64,000 nt of DNA from Candidatus Latescibacterota bacterium (GTDB lineage: Bacteria; Latescibacterota; UBA2968). A program made the translations under genes and the position numbers. Positions 60,004 to 64,000 of the stretch are shown here, one piece after another. Each line of letters starts with the position of its first letter. Positions within the stretch are counted from its first letter, which is position 1. The DNA lies in contig OZ242195.1 of assembly GCA_965205975.1 (NCBI GenBank), positions 1,088,001 through 1,152,000 on the forward strand, written 5' to 3'. The notes below the pieces were generated by a model. It was not told the DNA's origin and ran no database searches. It saw only the letters and a program-made list of their open reading frames with translations.

Positions 60004-60948
60004 TTGTATCGGCATGATGAAAATCATCCTGCCAAAGCCTTAAAGCCCTATCAGAGCTACATAGATAATCCCCTTTATATGCCATATGATCGCATCCATA
60101 ACGCGGTCAATAACTATGATTATTATGGCAGTATTACTGCGGTGGATGAGCAATTGGGGCGGGTTTTGGATTGGCTCGATAACCAGCCTGAAAGTGTTCG
60201 GGATAATACCATTGTCATCTATACGTCCGACCATGGTGCGATGGGTGGTGCTCAGAATGTTGCAGGAGGGCAAAAGAGATGGCCGCATGACCCTTCATCG
60301 AGAATACCATTTCTCGTGCGTTGGCATAAGGGTATTGACACTCCCGGGCGGGAAGCGGATGAACTCTTCTCATTCATTGATTTCTTTCCGACCTTTTGTC
60401 ATTTGGCAGGATTAGACGAAATGTTGGCAAAAAAAAATGATAGAGAAAGCCTGGAGTCTTTAGGCTACTTAAAAGCCAGTCCTGGTGTGAATCACAGTAG
60501 AAATATTATGGCAGAATCAGGCGGACCTGATCCAGATTCTGTATTTTTATTTCATTTTAGCAATATGAATTCCATATCGAGTCCTTGTCCTATTCACCGA
60601 ACCGTTGTGACAAAGGACTGGGCATATAGTGTCAAGGGGAAAACACGCCTGGGGGGGAAACCGAATTGGACAGTGTGGGACGAACCCGGCGGTTGGCTGT
60701 ACGACCGAGGCAAAGATCCGTTTCAGTTGGACAATTTGTTTTTCAATGAGAATTTTGAAGCCATTCGCACAGAGCTTCATCCTTTATTACAAAACTGGAT
60801 GAAAGAGGCAGAACTTCCATTTAGAAATAGGTGGTTTGAGAAAACGACCCGGAAAAATATCGAAGCGTGGTCATCTGAATGTGGTATTCTCTCTGAAGAC
60901 GAAGAAGCGATGAGAACACAGGGCCAGTCGTACGTCATGAATGTATGA
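59984..60948 (+). pseudogene. 3' half of a sulfatase, 5'-truncated at the element's right end
   Basis: YYGSITAVDEQLGR and YTSDHG are present, CxPxR is absent, and the frame is open back to the element boundary. Confidence 0.85.
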
Positions 60949-60992
60949 ATGTGTTCATTAAAAAAATGATCTCACACATTGGAGGAAGTGAC

Positions 60993-63032
60993 ATGAAGAA
61001 AGTCGGTCTATGTATGATGAGCCTGTTGTTTGTGCTGTGTGTAGATGTGCTGGCACAGGGCACATATCTATCACAACCAGTGCTTGATACTCGGATTGCA
61101 GAGATTCTGCATCTGGATGGACTCCGTTTTAAGGATCTCAACAAGAATGGCAGGGTGGATTTGTATGAAGACTGGCGTCAGCCTGTTGAGAGACGAGTGG
61201 AGAATCTACTGTCGCACATGACACTGGAAGAGAAGGCAGGAATGCTGCTCATCAATACGCTGAATGCAGAGGCCGGGGGACGACTCTCTGATCGCGCCGT
61301 TCAGTTTGTAGAAACCGAAAAAATGACGCGCTTTATCTTTCGCAATACTGTGACAGCAACTCCACCCCAACAGACGGGAAGCCGTTGGCGTGGAGCTCAA
61401 ATTACCCCTTATGAAGCAGCGCAATTTATGAATGCGATGCAGGAGCTTTCTGAGGCTACACGTCTGGGGGTTCCCGCTCTGTTCAAATCCAACGCCAGAA
61501 ATCACTATGAACACGATGCCAGGGCGGGCATCAGCGTGTCGGCGGGGTCTTTTTCTGAGTGGCCAAAAGAAGCAGGTCTGGCAGCGACCCGGGATATGGA
61601 TCTGATTGCGGAATTTGCTCAGATCATGGCAAGGGAGTGGACGTCAATTGGTTTGCGGGCGATGTATGGGTATATGGCAGATCTGGCTACGGAACCCCGC
61701 TGGTATCGGATTCACGAGACGTTTACAGAAGATGCAGATCTGGCCGCCGAAATTATGACTGTGCTGGTGAAGAACCTGCAGGGTGAGAGTTTGAATTCAA
61801 AAAGTGTTGCGCTGACAATGAAGCACTTTCCCGGCGGCGGTCCTCAGGAAGGCGGGGGTGATCCTCACTACGATTTTGGCAAGAATCAGGTTTATCCTGC
61901 AAAAAAATTCGATTATCACTGGAAACCGTTTAAGGCCGCTATAGATGCAGGGGTGTCGTCGATTATGCCTTATTACGGCGTTCCGATCAGCCAGCCATAT
62001 TTTCCCAATGATGTGGGGATGGCTTTTTCAAAGGGAATTCTAACTGAGTTGCTGCGAAACAAGCTCGGATTTAAAGGATATATCAATTCCGATACAGGCA
62101 TTATTGGTGATCGCGCATGGGGTTTGGAAGACAAGAGCATTGATGAGCAGATTGTCATTGCAATAGAGGCTGGAACCGACGTACTGTCGGGTTTTAACAA
62201 TAACAGACAGATTTTGAATCTGGTGACTGGCGGAAAGCTTTCTGAAGAGCGAGTTGATCTGTCTGTACGCAGGCTCTTAAGAGAACAATTTCAATTGGGT
62301 CTTTTTGAGAATCCCTACGTGAATCCAGATCGTGCAGCCTATCTGGTCGGCAATCGAGCATTTCAGAAGAAGGCGGAGATTGCACAGCGCAAATCCATTG
62401 TTTTATTGCAATACAAAGCAGGTGTGTTGCCCTTAATGGCTCAGAGTGAGACCGATTCGATTCAAATTTATACGATGGGTATGAATCCGGAGGTAGTGGA
62501 GGGCGCTCAATGGTCGGGTTATACTGTTGTGGCAGGAGATTATGATCCCGACAAGAATGAGATGCGTCCTGCTGTACCAGAAGGTACAGACTATGCGATT
62601 TTGCGGGTTGTTGTTTCTAACTCGCGTTCACGGGAAAGGCGTTTTGGCGGGGCCAGTCCAGATGAACTGGATTTGCTGGCGTTCTCTGATATGGCAAAGG
62701 CCAAATCCTGGTCTATTTCGCCTTCTCTCACGGATATTCAGGGTGTTATGAAGGAAGTGGGGGCCGATAAGACCATTCTATCAATTCGTTTTCGACAACC
62801 CTATGTGCTGGATGAGGCCAGTGGATTGAGAACTGCTGGTGCGATTCTGGCGACTTTTGGTGTAAGTGATGCAGCCCTTATGGATATTCTGACCGGCAAG
62901 TTTAGACCCCAGGGGAAATTGCCTTTTGCTCTGGCTGCCAATGCAAAAGCGATTGTGGAGCAGAATCCCGATTCTCATGGATATGGTGAAGCAGACACGC
63001 TGTTTCCGTTTGGGCATGGTTTGAGTTATTAG
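60993..63032 (+). CDS. Secreted glycoside hydrolase family 3 (beta-glucosidase-like)
   Basis: Signal peptide; MTLEEKAG, KHFPGGG, IMPYY, INSD and FPFGHGLSY motifs. Confidence 0.93.
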   Translation: MKKVGLCMMSLLFVLCVDVLAQGTYLSQPVLDTRIAEILHLDGLRFKDLNKNGRVDLYEDWRQPVERRVENLLSHMTLEEKAGMLLINTLNAEAGGRLSDRAVQFVETEKMTRFIFRNTVTATPPQQTGSRWRGAQITPYEAAQFMNAMQELSEATRLGVPALFKSNARNHYEHDARAGISVSAGSFSEWPKEAGLAATRDMDLIAEFAQIMAREWTSIGLRAMYGYMADLATEPRWYRIHETFTEDADLAAEIMTVLVKNLQGESLNSKSVALTMKHFPGGGPQEGGGDPHYDFGKNQVYPAKKFDYHWKPFKAAIDAGVSSIMPYYGVPISQPYFPNDVGMAFSKGILTELLRNKLGFKGYINSDTGIIGDRAWGLEDKSIDEQIVIAIEAGTDVLSGFNNNRQILNLVTGGKLSEERVDLSVRRLLREQFQLGLFENPYVNPDRAAYLVGNRAFQKKAEIAQRKSIVLLQYKAGVLPLMAQSETDSIQIYTMGMNPEVVEGAQWSGYTVVAGDYDPDKNEMRPAVPEGTDYAILRVVVSNSRSRERRFGGASPDELDLLAFSDMAKAKSWSISPSLTDIQGVMKEVGADKTILSIRFRQPYVLDEASGLRTAGAILATFGVSDAALMDILTGKFRPQGKLPFALAANAKAIVEQNPDSHGYGEADTLFPFGHGLSY

Positions 63033-63072
63033 TTCAAGATGGTTTTATGTTAAAAGAAGGCTGTGTAGCGAT

Positions 63073-64000
63073 ATGAATTACGACTACATCATAATTGGCG
63101 CGGGGTCGGCAGGGTGTGCTGTTGCGGGTCGTTTGAGTGAAAGTGGGCAGTATCGCGTTTTATTGTTGGAAGCCGGTGGACCGGATGACCGGGACGCAAT
63201 TCACATTCCTGCGCGATTTCCAGATCTGTTTCATACGGATAAAGATTGGGATTATGAAACCACACCGCAAGCCGGATTTAATGGGCGGCGGGATTATGTG
63301 CCGCGCGGCAAAATGTATGGCGGTTCGAGTTCTATCAATGCGATGGTCTATCAGCGAGGTCATCCGAGCAATTACGATCAGTGGGCTGCGATAGGGAATG
63401 ACGGCTGGGCGTATGTCGATGTGCTGCCCTATTTCAAGAAGATGCAGCACCAGACGCGGGGAGGCTCTGAATATCACGGGACGGGAGGCCCGATTCATGT
63501 ATCAGACTCTCGGGATCCAAATCCATTGAGTGTGGCTTTTGTCGAAGCGGCCCAGCAGGTAGGGTTCCGGCTGAATCGAGACTTCAATGATGGGGATCAG
63601 GAAGGGTTTGGCCTGTATCAGGTCACACAGAAACATCTCAATGAACTGGGTATTCCGGTTGTGAAGGCATTGCCTGGTGTGGGACAAAATTTGATGGAGC
63701 ACGTTCAGGTTGGGATGGCGTATGCCTGTACTGAGGAGATTACGCAGGCTGGCAAAGATAATCCTGAGCAAGCGATCAGATATCAGAATGAAAGAATGGG
63801 ATTGCTCACTTCCAATTTGGGGGAAGCGGGCGGGTTTGTGAAATTGTCTGCCGATGCGTCCGCGCCAGAATTGCAATTTCATTTTGGACCTGATTGGTTT
63901 GTTTTGCACGGGTCTCAAGAGATGGAAGGACATGGATTCACAATTCTGCCGGGGCTGGTGGGGACAAAAAGTGTGGGAGACCTTAAGCTGCGTTCGGCAG
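63073..64000 (+). pseudogene. GMC (choline dehydrogenase-like) oxidoreductase with an apparent in-frame internal deletion near 63633; runs off the window
   Basis: YDYIIIGAGSAG and GGSSSINAM are present. GLYQVTQK joins directly to HLNELGIPVV..LPGVGQNL, without the usual ...SAGA..SPQLL.LSG segment. Confidence 0.75.

Overview
This is a bacterial chromosomal accessory and catabolic window with no rRNA, tRNA or CRISPR array. It carries 11 sulfatase genes or fragments, 6 PhyH-type Fe(II)/2OG dioxygenases, 3 enolase-superfamily enzymes, and GH2, GH3, GH82-like and heparinase II/III-like CAZymes. This repertoire, plus dockerin-like tags, resembles marine or sponge-associated Latescibacterota/Poribacteria-type heterotrophs (inference only). 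Main observations: (1) a 431-bp protein-free IS200/IS605-type element (59553-59983) with its own promoter, about 200 nt of densely structured RNA and a TnpB-omegaRNA-like 3' end; (2) an 11-kb mosaic operon of exported YHYH and dockerin-tagged proteins (20901-32001) that shares an ECF-sigma-type promoter, GGAACGC-N16-GTCWAATAA, with a distant multicopper oxidase-thioredoxin fusion; (3) a probable selenoprotein split at an in-frame TGA (19465-20745); (4) a solo tnpB element joining two unrelated half-genes; (5) an Rpn remnant that keeps an internal start; (6) a twice-repeated pairing of a sulfatase with an unknown protein; (7) several genes with clean internal deletions. All family calls come from motif recognition by eye; no database search was run.
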